Origin: Eledone cirrhosa
Taxonomy: Eukaryota
Reading direction: 5' to 3'
Length of the DNA stretch: 64,000 nucleotides
Assembly (NCBI GenBank): GCA_964016885.1
Contig: OZ024747.1
Coordinates: 68,014,001-68,078,000, forward strand
This document shows, in pieces, positions 51,844 to 64,000 of the stretch. The position numbers and the translations under genes are program-made. The notes under the pieces are model-generated. The model saw only the letters and a program-made list of their open reading frames with translations, did no database searches and had not been told where the DNA came from. The stretch's first letter is position 1. Every line of letters begins with the position of its first letter.

Positions 51844-52563
51844 TTTTCTCTTAATTTCGAGTATATTTTTTTGACCGGCCACCTTCCTGGTGGCAAGGTT
51901 GTAAAAGAAAAGAAATTGTCATCCCTTGAATCGCAAGAATGTTTTGCAAATTTTGAAGGTGCCAGCTATCGCAGCCATTTGTAGACTATGAATTAGGGAG
52001 CTGCGCTTTTTGTCCGCAAATCCAAGTTCAGTCATACTTTGGTCCAAGCGGGTTGGTATATAACCCATAGCACCAATAATGATGTGTATGAAGCTAAAGG
52101 TGTATCTTGGATACTGGGTTTGTAAACTCCTCATCAATGGTCCGTAGATGTCCTCCTTCTCCTGTATTTTTCTGACAACGTTTACATCAAGTGGGCAGCT
52201 GATCTCCACAACAGAACATGTCTTCAATGTGTGGTCCCAAACTACAATATCAGGCCGGTTGTGCTTTAATTTGGTGGCAGTTTTTATTTTCAGGTTCCAC
52301 CAGTATTCCTTAGTGCCATCTGTCTCAATATATTCTTCCCCGTTTGTTGTTAATTTTGTTTTCCGAAGTGCGTTCCAGATGGTTCTAGCTATCCCATCGT
52401 GTCTCATGGGGAGGTAGTAGCGAGATGACATTCTTTCGCAGCTGGCAACAATGTGGCTTACATCCTCGATCTTTGTTTTACATAGCCTGCATTTATTGTC
52501 AGCTGCTGGCCCTCCTCTTTTGTGCAGCAGATATTTGGTAGGGAGTTCTTGTTCCTGTATTGC
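51844..52563 (-). mobile_element. 5'-truncated R4/Dong-like non-LTR retrotransposon (CCHC + REL endonuclease)
   Basis: Uninterrupted frame 52563-51919: AIQEQEL...CRLCKTKIEDVSHIVASC...RHD...HNRPDIVVWD...VEISCP...EKEDIY...IIIGAMG. Short 3' UTR, with (ATGT)n on both flanks. Confidence 0.85.
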
Positions 52564-52590
52564 ATGTATGTATGTATGTATGTATGTATG

Positions 52591-52647
<57 letters not shown>

Positions 52648-52649
<2 letters not shown>

Positions 52650-52905
52650 CGTGTAGGTGTCACGACAAAAAAACACACAGTCCACGCTGTAATGTGGCCG
52701 TGTAGGCAACACGGTAAAAACCTCCCAGACCCACACTGTAAATGTGGTTGGTGTTAGGAAGGGCATCCAACTGTAGAAAACCTGCCAGACAGTCCTATGC
52801 GAGCAAGACAATCACTCTTGCCTCAAGTGGGACTACCCCCGTCCAAACCCATGCAAGCGTGGAACACGGACGTTAAACGTTGATGATGATGATGATGATG
52901 ATGAT
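52648..52905 (+). mobile_element. RTE subfamily A 3'-end copy, plus orientation
   Basis: Reverse complement of 13858-14088. (GAT)n tail, preceded by (TA)n. Confidence 0.9.
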
Positions 52906-53303
52906 GTATGTATATTTTGTTTGTTTGTTTGTTTTTACCCCTGGGAGTGAAAGGACCCCAGTTGTTATCACAACACCTTTCTAGAAGAGGGAAACTCTGA
53001 AAAAAAACCTGCGGCTTCAGAAGCATCCGATGATGTTGACCAGTTCTCCTTTTCGGGTAGTGTTTTCGATGCTCAGAGAGTGGGATTGGTCGAGTGCAAG
53101 GCCTTTCCCCATTGAAAAAAAAACCTTTAAAGCACAGGCATTGCTTGTTCAGGATATGTTACAGGTTCATATGGCTGGCCGTAGCCTAAAAATGCACCAA
53201 ACTCTATAGTCTGACAAGCGATTGCAATACTCTTAGCAGAGTTTGCAGCCATCTTATATATACATATATGTATGTACATGTGTGTGTGTGTGTGTGTGTG
53301 TGT

Positions 53304-54440
53304 GATCATCATCACCGTTTTACGTCCATTCTTCCACGCTAGCATGGGTTAGATGGGTTGTCCTGTTGTGGGCAGTGTCCGGTCAGCTGACCTTATCTTG
53401 CTCATACGGGAACTGATTCTGGATTGAATTCTACAGCTGGATGCCCTTCCTAACACCAACCTCATTTACAGTGAGTGCTGGGTGCTTTTTTTCGCGGCGC
53501 CTACACGACCACTTTGCAGTGGGAGGGTGTGGGGGCATATTACTTATATGCTTCAGCTTGTACCCGTGGGGGATCGGGTCTTCTGTATTACTGCATGACA
53601 CCAGAGGTCACGGTCATGTGTCATCGCCTTTGAGAGGTGTAATTGGGTAAGGTCGGCTTTTATCACCTCATCCCAGGTCTTCTTGGGTCTCCCCACTCCG
53701 TGGTTTCCATCAACTTCTAGTGCTCTGCACCTTTTTATGCAGCTGTCATCCTTCATACACATCACATGTCCATACCAACGCAACCACCTCTCCTGCACAC
53801 AGCATTTGATTCTTCTTATGCTCAGTCTCTCTCTCAATTCATTTATGCTTTGCCGTTCGCGTATATTACTATTACACATCCATCGGAACATGCAGGCTTC
53901 GTTTCTTTCTAATCTACGCAAGTCTTCCACAGACAGCGCCCAGGTCTCACTACCATGTAACATTGCTGTTCGTATACACACATCATACAGTCTGCCTTTC
54001 ATTTTGAGGGAAAAGCCTTTTGCAGTGGCTCCCTGAACTTCTTCCATCCCGTTCTTACCCTAGTTATTGTACTTTCTGAACACCCACCTCCGCTGATAAT
54101 TCAGTCACCTAGGTAACAGAAGCTGTCTACTGTTTCTACAGAGCCCTCCCAGAGTTTGGTGGTACTTGTTTCCTGTGGCTGTATGCTGCTTGCTGTCCCA
54201 GCACAGCTGCTACATGTGAAGCCTACATTCTTAGTTAAGCATCCTGAGATCCCGCTACATCTCTTGTGTACCCATTGTTTGCATTTGGGGCAGAGAATGG
54301 AGTTCCTACATACTGAGCAAGGCCATTTCCCTGAGGGGATCTGGGTTCTGTTTTCTCGTCTACTTACAAGTCTTTGTCAAGTTGACTTTGTGACTCTTTC
54401 TTTCTAGTTGCTGCTTCCAAGTTTGGAATTTCTTCTCTAA

Positions 54441-54441
<1 letters not shown>
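53304..54441 (-). mobile_element. 5'-truncated, decayed RTE LINE (subfamily B)
   Basis: Collinear with 14583-15770 but with deletions and frameshifts. 5' end abuts (TA)n. Confidence 0.9.
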
Positions 54442-54538
<97 letters not shown>

Positions 54539-54990
54539 ATAATAATAAATTTGAAGACTAAAATCCAAAGAGGGCTCGATAAGGATAAATATATATCAAA
54601 TATATAAGAACCGTAGAGCAAATATTTATTAAAATAATAGATTAAAGTTTAAGCAAAGAATCGCTGCTTTGGGTGAAAGCAGCGATTCTTTGCTTAAACT
54701 TTAATCTGTTATTTTAATATATATATATATATATATATATAGGATCTGCTTGTGTTTCCATATAAAAAACAAAACGTACTTAATACCCACGTTAAAAGGA
54801 TATAGAGCTTATTATAACTGTGTATTGTGTTGTCAGAGACTGAAATAGGTACTGGGGCTGGTAGATAAGATCAACTAATAACCTTGAATGGAATGGTCTG
54901 CTCCAGCATAGCCACAATCAAATGACTGAAATCATTAAATGAATATATCAAAGTAAGAGAATAGAAATCTAAAGATCTGGATATACTTAC

Positions 54991-55152
54991 CTCATTTTCA
55001 CTATGTTCTACACTTGCCATTGCCTTTGCTACTTCATCTTCTAGGGCAGACATGTTGGTATCTGATATACCTTCATGAATATCTCCCACTTGAGCCTCTA
55101 GTTGTTGTATTTTGTCTTCAAGAGAATACACACCACAAGCTGCCATGTAGAT
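54991..55152 (-). CDS. MYRIP: MyRIP/melanophilin-like Rab effector, conserved coiled-coil exon (162 nt)
   Basis: tatcacAG|ATC...AATGAG|GTAAGT. IYMAACGVYSLEDKIQQLEAQVGDIHEGISDTNMSALEDEVAKAMASVEHSENE matches from memory the MyRIP/melanophilin C-terminal pattern VYLAAG-x-VYGLE...LE...IHSG...L-x-x-LEDQVA-x-A-x-A-x-V. Confidence 0.82.
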
Positions 55153-55329
55153 CTGTGATAAACCAACATCAAATTTTGAGTCACTCTTCCCAGGATTATG
55201 AAACACTTTTGGAAATGTATTCATTTTTCTTTTGTTTATTTGCTTGTTTTTTTTTTTGTTTGTTTGTTTTTTTTGTTTTTTTTTGTTGGTTGGTTGGTTG
55301 GTTTGGATATAAAAGAAATTATATGGAGT

Positions 55330-55575
55330 ATACAAGATTGCACTTGTATGGACACATGATGTATATGGATGATGATTGTTGGGTGAAAAAGTACCAAAAG
55401 GAAGAAGTTACAGTAAAGGAAGACTGTGGAAGACCTGGGCAGAAGTGGTGAGAGTTGATCTCAAAGGGCTAAATCTCACAGAGAGGAGAGGATGAAGGGA
55501 TGCAATGAATGGAATAAGGCTGTGCTGGAAAAATGGATGTAAAAAAAGTATGGTGATGGTGATGATGATGTTACT
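55330..55575 (+). mobile_element. Old RTE fragment
   Basis: Degenerate RLHLYGHMMYMDDDCWVKK...GRPGQKW, followed by a (GAT)n tail. Confidence 0.6.
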
Positions 55576-58349
55576 AACAGAATTATAATATTATAAATTC
55601 CTCATTTTAAGAAGTTAACACTGTTTTTTTGTGTGTGTATGTGTTTACTATCTTATGAATGTGAGATTGCAAAAACAGAGTTTATCAGATCATAAAGACT
55701 AGCATCTGTGGTGACATTGGAGGGTTTAATAGTATGTTGTGCAAGATGAGAAAGCGTGTGATTGTATATGTATGTGTGCACGCACACTGTTATCATGTGC
55801 TTATAGCAATCCCCAGGTGTATGTGTACATAAGATACATAAAATTATGAATATTTCTAAAATAAAAATCAACTGCAAGATAAATATATCTATATCATTCC
55901 TTTCTTAACTGTTGTTAACTTTCAAACAAAATATAAACATCACTCACTATCCTTAATATTAAACAAAATAATAATAAAAAACAGAAATGTTTAGAAAAGA
56001 AATATGAATGATTCACATAATCAGAGTTTTTAATTTCTTTTGTTATTTCAATCAATAAACTGACTGGATGTTGAGATACAGAAAAAGATATCTCTGATTT
56101 TCTGTGTGTGTGTGTGTTTGTATATGTATCTATGTGTGTGTATGTCTGTGTATGCATGTATGTCTGTGTGTGTGTGGTAGTTCATCTGAACCTTAGTGCC
56201 AAGATTATGTTAGCATGTCCAATCAAGTACAGGGTTAAATATTCCAAAGAATAATATAACTTTTAATTGAAATCCACATTAATCCTCCTTAACTTCCAAT
56301 TCTAAAAGTCTAAACATTAACAGATTAATTTCTTTTCCTTAAATACCTAAGTGGTTTTACTTTTTTTTTTGTCTTTCTAGCTTTGCTTTTTTATAATCCT
56401 TTTATGAAAAAGACTCAAAGATTGGTTCTGGTGATCTCTTTCTTCATATTCAGACAGAAAATATGTTGTTCTTATTCCATCTTTTTATGAAACAGTTTAA
56501 AAAAAAAAAAGGAGATTGTTGATCTCTCAGTATGTCATTATGATATTCAGATAGAAAATATATGTTTTTAAATAAACACAGAAAAACTGGGTTTGTTGAC
56601 CTCTCAGTTGTGTCTTCATCATATTGAGGCAGAAAATATGTTTGTTTATTTTTGTAATAAAACTCAGTTTTTATCCTATAATGTCAGTTTGAGTAAGATA
56701 TGAATAGAGTTTCGCCTTTGTCTTTGCTAACTATATGACATGAAAAGAGCCAAACCCTCAATTTTAAGGAATATCTACAAAAATCTGTGACAGAACACTA
56801 TCAAAACCTGCAAAACTTATGGTTAAAAAAAGGAGCTGATTCTCAGAGCAAGGAAACTATGTTTCCTTTGGTCTTTTGATTGTTGATACTATTTACCAAT
56901 CTCAATAATAAAAAAAAACTGGAGATTAAAAAATATTTATCAACAGCCTTTGTATCCATTTCTTCTTTAAATAGTGTATTATCAAGAAAATAGTTCTTAT
57001 CTTGGTGAAGTAAGATTTGAACATATTCCTAAATGCTTCCTATTTTTTTTTTTTTTTTTTTTTTTGTGCTTTTCACAGATGTGGTACCATGGCAAGGGTG
57101 TGAATCTGAGGAATGATTATTGCTAGTTGAAAACTATTTTTTTCTTTAGAAAATAAAATAATAATAATAATGGCTTCTGATTTAAGCACAAGGCCAACAA
57201 TTTTGGGGGGAAGGGGAAAGTCAATTAAATCAACCCCAGTACATTACTGGTGCTTTAATTTATCAACCCCTGAAGGATGAAGGACAAACTTGATCTCAAC
57301 AAGATTTGAACTCAATCCCCAAATTGTAAAAGGACATCACAAAATACTGCAAAGCATTTTTTTTCCATGTCTTGCTAATGCTGCCATCTAGCAGCCTTAC
57401 ATTGAATATAATAATGATGATGATGATGATGATGATGGTGATGATTTCTAACATATGCAGAGTTATAAATATTTTGGTGGGAAGAGTATAGCAAGGATCC
57501 TAAATGAGAAGTTGTTGCTGTTGTCTTGGCTTGCTATAGTGCTTTTTTAAAATAATTTATAATTATTTCATGATGATGTTGCTGATGATGGTGTTGCTGT
57601 TGATACTGATGCCGATGATGTTGTCGTTGCTGTTGTCAATGGTAATAGTGTAAATGTTGTAGCTGTTCTATTTCAAGACAGTTGTTTCAATTTGTTTTGT
57701 TTTCTTTGCTCAGTTCCGTGAAGACAATCATTCTTAAATTCTCAAAGTGCAATAAGATGCATCAAACACGTGCATATTATAAGCAGATGTATTTTACATC
57801 CTTCCAGATTTAATGTCTCAAATGAGAGACGATGTGGTGGGGGGGCAGGCAGAGTGAAGTGAGAGGAGAGAGAGTGATAGGAAGTATGAGAATGAAAGAG
57901 AGGGGGCATGTGAGCGATGGAGAAATATAGGGAGGAGAGAGTGAAGGATAGAGATGCTGCCAAATGTACTTTGCCATTATAATTCCACCAGCAGAGAGAG
58001 AGAGTAAAGTGTGACAAGAATTGAAGCGAGGCTAAGAAAGGGAGAGAAGGCAGCAGCAAAAAGAAAGACAAGCTGGGGTGGGGCGATAGAGGTTAGAGTA
58101 GAGTAGGGTATGGTAAGGTGGGCTAGGTTTAGGTTTCAAGTCCTGCCCTGCTTCTGCCTACAGCAATTAAATAAATAACAAACAACACCATGGGAAATAA
58201 GTTGTAGTAGTATTAATAACAACAACAACAATAATAATGTAGAATAAAGAAAGAGAAAGAAAGAAAGAAAGAAAAACTGAAAGTGGGGTCCATTTTCTTC
58301 ACAACTCCGGAAAAAGTCAGCATTTTTCTGGATTTTTGAGCAGTATGTG

Positions 58350-58885
58350 TGTGTTGGTGGTAGTTGTGGTGATGGTGGTAGTTGTGGTAGTTGTGATGAT
58401 GGTGGTGGTTGTGATGGTGGTGTTGACGGTGTTTTAGAACAAGGTGTGGTTGGTTCACACAGCAATTGGGTTAATTCATGCTCAATCATCATATAATCTG
58501 GGCCTGCCAACAGGCTACAATTTAGGGTGTTGTTGTTGTTGTTGGTGTTGGTGGTGAAGAAAATAATGGTGGTGATGGTGGTGGAGGTGATGGTGGTGGA
58601 GGTGATGGTATTGAGGGTTGTAGTGAAAGTGTTCAGGATTGTAGTGAAAGTGTTCAGGATTGTAGAGAAGGTGGTGGTGATGATGATAAAGATGATGGTG
58701 GTGAAGGTGTTGATGAAGGCATTGGGTGGTGTGGGGAAAATGGTTGTAGCAGTGTTGGTGATATTGAAGACAATAATGGTGGTGATAGTGGTGAGGTGAT
58801 TGTGGTGAGGTGATTGTGGTGAGGTTATTGTGGGTGGTGGGGATGTTTTTGATGGTAATGATGGTGATGATAGGGTAGTGGTAAA
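58350..58885. repeat. Degenerate (GGT/GAT/GTT)n low-complexity region
   Basis: Directly visible. Source of the T/P/H-rich ORFs. Confidence 0.85.
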
Positions 58886-59671
58886 AACAATTGCATCAAT
58901 ATAGACTATGGAATCACAGAACAGCTGAACTTTGAGTTGATATTTTGGGAAAATTATATATCCACACACAGAGAAACAGACGCACACACACACATGTGCC
59001 TATGCATGTAAGTATGTGTCTTTTAAAAAAAACCTTTTACGGACACCATGACAAGCTGCATAAAAATCATGTGAAGCAATGTTTTACGGCTGGATGCCTC
59101 TCCTGAGACCAATCCCTTTAGTCACCTCTTATGAGGCAGTATTCTATGGCCAGTGTACATATGTTGTCTATGTACATGAATGTATGTGTTAGAGTGGTAT
59201 ACACTATATCTATTCAATTTCTCTAAGTTTTCTGTTGTTCAATTTGAATAATTTTAGTGCTTGCAAAAACTAACTTTAACACTGGTCTCTCCTCTTTAGT
59301 TCCATAACTCCTGGGGAGAGTTGTAAGGGCACCGTATTGGTATACAACGTTTCTAGGGCATTTTAAAATCTGGCAGAGCCCATCCCTCTCTAGGTCTGAA
59401 TACAATAGATTTCTTCCAGAGGAGGATAGAGAGTGAGAGAATGGAAATGAGGAAAAGACACAGAGGAAAAATTGACCCCAGTGTTACACTGGTACTTTTT
59501 TTACCTCGACAGGATTTGAACTCAGAGAACAGAGAGCTGAGAGTAGGAGTAAGCCTTGCCCATTTTGAGGCAATGTATTATGTCTTGATTTGTGCCATTC
59601 TCAAGCCTAGGCCTTGTAGTCACATATACACCAAACAAGCATGGAAAAACAAATTTAAATTGATGATGATA

Positions 59672-60020
59672 GGCACATGGCTTAGTGGTTAGAGCATTGG
59701 CCTTGCAATCGAAAGGTTGTGAGTTCAATTCTCAGACCGGATGATGTGTTGTTTCCTTGAGCAAGACACTTTATTTCACATTGCTCCAGTTTACTCAGCT
59801 GTAGAAATGAGATGATAGGGACTGGGGTCCATATCATTCCACTGCAAAGTGGTCGTGCAGGTGCCACAGCAAAAAAGCACCCAGCACTCACTGTAAATGA
59901 GGTTGGTGTTAGGAAGGGCATCCAGCTGTAGAAATCAAGCCAGAATCAGTTCCCGTCCCACCCTTGCAAGCAGGGAAAAAGCGGACATAAAATGAAATGA
60001 AATGATGAAATGATGATGAT
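59672..60020 (+). mobile_element. Complete tRNA-derived CORE-like SINE with RTE-derived 3' tail
   Basis: A box TGGCTTAGTGG, B box GAGTTCAATTC and CORE-like CCTTGAGCAAGACACTT. 59840-59957 matches the reverse complement of the RTE-B 3' UTR (53405-53522). Ends in (GAT)n. Confidence 0.8.
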
Positions 60021-60129
60021 AATGGAGGTGACGCATGTTTTTATAAACTCATGGTTAATACACATACATACCCATAGACAAAAACAATAAAAAAACAACA
60101 ACAACAACAATAATAATAAAGATTCTTAC

Positions 60130-60684
60130 TTTGTCTTCTGTGTCTTCGACTTCCTGTTTTGATTTCACAATGCCCCTACTTATGGCTACTGAAGGGTTAG
60201 AGGTTGTGTTAGGGTTCACCTTCTTTGGAGGGTTGACATAAAAGTCCTTTTTAAAGCGCTCGGCATCAACAGGTCTTAGACCAAAATTATAAGTCACTTC
60301 TGCAGGTCCTGATAGGATTGGATCCCCATGACTACTGGGTAAATCAACAAGAATTTCTGTAGAAGAATCCGGAGCCACAGTAGAAGGCTCTTTGTTTTCA
60401 TGCTTCTGTTCAGTAACAACTTCAAGCTTAGGTTCAACCTCGATGTTCAACTGATCCGTGGATTCGAGCTTGTCTTTGGATTCCGTCACACTTGATAACT
60501 CATTTATTGGGTAACACAATGTTGGATCATCTAAGTCATCTGAATTCAAACGGTCATCTCTATAATCTGTTGTTTGAATTATATTGTTTTCTGTGTCTTT
60601 TTGTTGGAGAAGAGCCAGCTCAGCCTTCTCTAAAATTCCAAGAGCAGTTGAGGTTACCTTTCTCATTTTCTCTGCAGCCATTTT
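60130..60684 (-). CDS. MYRIP: MyRIP/melanophilin-like Rab effector, internal exon (555 nt)
   Basis: atttttcAG|AAAATGGCT...GAAGACAAA|GTAAGA, phase 0 at both ends. Reads KMAAEKMRK...SKQEVEDTEDK and joins directly to IYMAA. Confidence 0.8.
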
Positions 60685-61334
60685 CTGAAAAATTCAGAGA
60701 TTAAAGGAAATTTTAAAACAATAATATTCAATGTAAATATATAGTGAAAGTGTATGGCCTAGCAGTTAGTATGACACAGTATGTGACAAAGCTGGTGCTT
60801 TCAATTATAGATGCAATCAATCCCAGTGGATTCCAAAGAGTTTCTGTCTACCCCAATTTCACTCACAAGGCTTGGGTTGGCCCAAGGCCATGGTAAATGA
60901 CACTTTTTCAAGATGCCAAGAAATGGAATCAAACCCAGGACCTTATGTTTGTGAAGCAAACTTCTTAACCATTCAGCCATGCTGTATCCACTCTGTCAGA
61001 ATGAATAAGATAAGAAATAACAAAAAAAAAAATAAAGAGTATGCCGATGTACTGAGACAAAGAAAATTGTGACAAATGGTTTATGTTGGGGCCAAATTTG
61101 AAATATTTCAGTTTTATATATCATTGTAATATTATTGCATGTCATTCCAATATCGTTGAATATTATTACATATCATTGCAATAATGTTGCATATGATTTT
61201 CATATTTTACTTACATACAAACATACAGATATAGGCCTATTTATATGTGTGCATGTGCATATGTGTGTGTGTGATGGACACTCCCGTTGATTTGACGTAT
61301 GAGGGTTCAACCATCTTTTCCATTCATTGTTTTG

Positions 61335-61745
61335 TTAATGCCTTAAATTACACTTCAATCCAGCTGCTGATTTACACATCAATCCGCATTTGGTGCAGGT
61401 GACAGGATCTTGAACAGAGCAGGCTGGAAAGCCTAACCTGACTTTGGCGTTAGATCTTATTTCACGGGGATGGGTTAAACAAGAATTCTCAAAGTTTTTT
61501 ATATCTTTGTGGCAGAAAGTTCTCCATTTTTTACGGTTTGCAGTCATAGCTTCAAGCAAAGAAAGAAGTATGTTGACAAACTTAAGATTGTACTTCATTT
61601 TATCCTTATATCAGAGTAGTGGCTTGCCCACACTATGCACACCATCTTGGAGCTGACTGTACAATAATACCTTAGGTGTGTGGTCCTCAAACATTTGTAG
61701 ATTATGACCAGACCCACTTGAGTTGGGATTGCATCAGAAATGACT
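61335..61745 (-). mobile_element. Old RTE/BovB-like LINE 3' fragment
   Basis: LEAMTANRKKWRTFCHKDIKNFENS...CTKCGLMCKSAAGLKCNLRH resembles the RTE-BovB C-terminus with a decayed C2H2 finger. Confidence 0.65.
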
Positions 61746-62009
61746 CAATCGCACCAATTAGAGAGAATGTTCTGGCTAGATGGTTAAAGGTTCTAATAGG
61801 CTAAAATTGGAAACTTAGAAGACTTAAATTCAATCAGTCTATGGTAGTAGGGAAATAATTGAATAAGAGTTCAGATGAAAAAAATGTAAAAGGATGAAAA
61901 AGGTAGAAGTGAGGAGAATGAAGGAAAAGGCAGAAGAAGAAAATGAAGAGAAAAACTTAAGATCCCACTAGATTTTTGATGGAGATGAATCATTACCAAA
62001 ACGTCTCAC

Positions 62010-62156
62010 CTGTTCGTGGTGTTCTGAAAGAACTCGGTGAGTAAACATGTCATCTACAATAGTAGGTTCAATCCCTGCCTCATCCTCCATTGTTTCCTGA
62101 GACTCAGACACATCTGGCTTTTCCTCAGACACATCCTTTGTGCGGTCCACAGTATC
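62010..62156 (-). CDS. MYRIP: MyRIP/melanophilin-like Rab effector, internal exon (147 nt)
   Basis: gtatcacAG|GATACT...GAACAG|GTGAGA, phase 0 at both ends. Reads DTVDRTKDVSEEKP...VLSEHHEQ. Confidence 0.7.
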
Positions 62157-62224
62157 CTGTGATACATACTTAGTTTAGTGGAATCAAAAATAACAACCAT
62201 GTGGTCCCTTAGGTTAGCATATGT

Positions 62225-62256
<32 letters not shown>

Positions 62257-63478
62257 AGCAGTGTTAGCAGTTAAAAGCCAATAGTTAGTAGTAATAGCAA
62301 CAGCAGTAGCAGTGATGGTAGTGGTTGTACCAATAGCATATAAGGGAAGCAAAAAAAAAAAGCCTAAAGAAAAACACACCTTATATATGTGAGTTTATAT
62401 ATATATATATTAGATGATTGAGTAGATTTGTGGTTTACTGAGAAAGGTACTCATATCAGCAATCAAATCACAGAATGTATTTATCAAGAACAAAATGCAA
62501 TTTCACATTTAAGTTATTATTATTATGCTCAGTTATAAACCTAAATGTGAAACCTTGCTTTGTTTTTAATAGATAGATAGATAGAGTTCGGATATATAAA
62601 GATGAGTTCAGATCAAGCTGTTGAAACAGTCGGAGCTCAGCCACCGGGGTCCTGACTCTTTTCCTATAGATAGATAGATAGATATATGTATATAGGGTAA
62701 AGACCCCCTTCAGTCATGAATGGCTATAGGATTTGCACCAATAATAATCCAACAGTGGTAGTGTTGGTGCTATCATAAGATACAACCAGTATACTGTAAA
62801 ATGATATTGCTGGTTCCATGATAACATGCATCCAGTACACTCTGTAATGCGGTGGTGCGGGCGGCAGGATAAAATGCCCCCCAGTACACTCTGCAAATCC
62901 TTGGAATTAGGAAGAACATTCAGCCATAGAAACCATGCTAAAATATGGAACATATGAACAATACATCATTCTTTGCTCCATCTAGTCTCAGACCATGATG
63001 ACCCATCCAACAACTGCCAGTATCAAAAGCGGACATAAAATAATCATGATGATGCTCGCTCACATGCACACATGTTCGCACGCACGCACGCACGCACACA
63101 CGCACACACACACACACACAGTCCTTCTGACAATTCATCAGAAATATGCAAATTTTAAAAAATGAATGAGCTTTTGCAATGCATAAAGAATGGGGTTGTT
63201 TGAAGCCCCTGAAGCAAGGGTTTGAATCTTAAAAAAGATATTCATGCAGGATTTTTATATTTAGTATTTTTTTTTATGATGGGTGCAGATTTTGGGGTAA
63301 CTTTCTTCCCCAAATACTTTTCTTCCAGGAAAATGAACAATTACATTATTACATTCTATTCATGCAACTGCTAAAATGGATATAACCTATCCATTGCAGA
63401 AGATGCAAATATATATTTTTTAATGAAGTGTTCCAGCTTTGCAATGGGAGAAGTATGATATAGTTCAAGCCACTAGAG

Positions 63479-63867
63479 CAATGGTTCCCAACTTGATGTC
63501 CTTGGACCTTTGGAGAGGGGAAGATGTATGTGTAAAACTATAGGACAGTGAGCTAAGTTAAGTATTTCAAGAACATTGTTAAAAACATGATATACACATA
63601 CTATTGAGTATCCATTCTTCTCTAAGTATAAACAGTTCTCTTTTTCCATTGTTACTCTCACTGTATAACAATTTCAAGTACTTTGTTAACAACATAATAT
63701 ATACACTATTGTATATATATTCTTCTCTAAATATAAACATTTCTCTGTTTCAATTATTATTCTTACTCTATAATAATCTGGGAAAGGAGTAATTGTAGCA
63801 GGGTTTCTGTGGGAAAATTTATTCAAATAAAAGGAAACCTTAGTAATGAAAATGTTGGGGACCACTG
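63479..63867. mobile_element. hAT-type MITE with perfect 8-bp TSD
   Basis: TIR CAATGGTTCCCAAC / GTTGGGGACCACTG. TSD CACTAGAG at 63471-63478 and 63868-63875. Internal imperfect duplication of about 100 bp. Confidence 0.85.
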
Positions 63868-64000
63868 CACTAGAGCTGGATTTCAATTCTCTAGAAGTCA
63901 TGCAGCAGACATCCTAAGGGATCTAAAATTAAGGTTGTTGAACATAATCAAAGTTACAAGATATTTCTCAGAGATTCTCAACATAACAGGTCATATCTTT

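Noticed and set aside
58136-58993. 285-aa minus ORF with the GPDYMMIEHELTQLLCEP island as an extra exon
   Set aside because: Mostly low-complexity. A possible AG exists, but I found no matching donor or compatible phase.
59672-59745. tRNA gene
   Set aside because: A and B boxes are present, but there is no convincing acceptor stem and the sequence continues into a SINE body. The same applies to heads at about 22200, 36555 and 37580.

Overview
AT-rich, microsatellite-dense eukaryotic genomic DNA. The repeat landscape (tRNA-derived SINEs, RTE LINEs, TTAA-MITEs, long (TA)n tracts) suggests a mollusc, most likely an octopus-like cephalopod; this is inference, not a database match. The window is mostly intronic. 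Five phase-0 minus-strand coding exons (62156-62010, 60684-60130, 55152-54991, 49214-48930, 17162-16737) splice in frame into the C-terminal part of a MyRIP/melanophilin-like Rab effector whose 5' exons lie beyond the right edge. A probable terminal exon of an unidentified convergent plus-strand gene lies at 2511-2740. Mobile DNA includes a full-length RTE LINE broken only by a 14-bp duplication and carrying a PHD-type finger, several truncated RTE copies in (TA)n, an R4/Dong-like 3' end in (ATGT)n, CRE and Penelope-like remnants, a non-autonomous Helitron, hAT, piggyBac and Tc1-type MITEs, and many SINEs. Notable hidden signals are a complete minimal type I hammerhead ribozyme (938-1008, +), a second one on the minus strand (1271-1312) downstream of an uncalled Penelope GIY-YIG remnant, five long foldback hairpins, a SINE sharing its tail with the local RTE, and two large minisatellites. 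No CRISPR array, rRNA or convincing tRNA gene was found. Most ORFs in the supplied track are simple-repeat artefacts.
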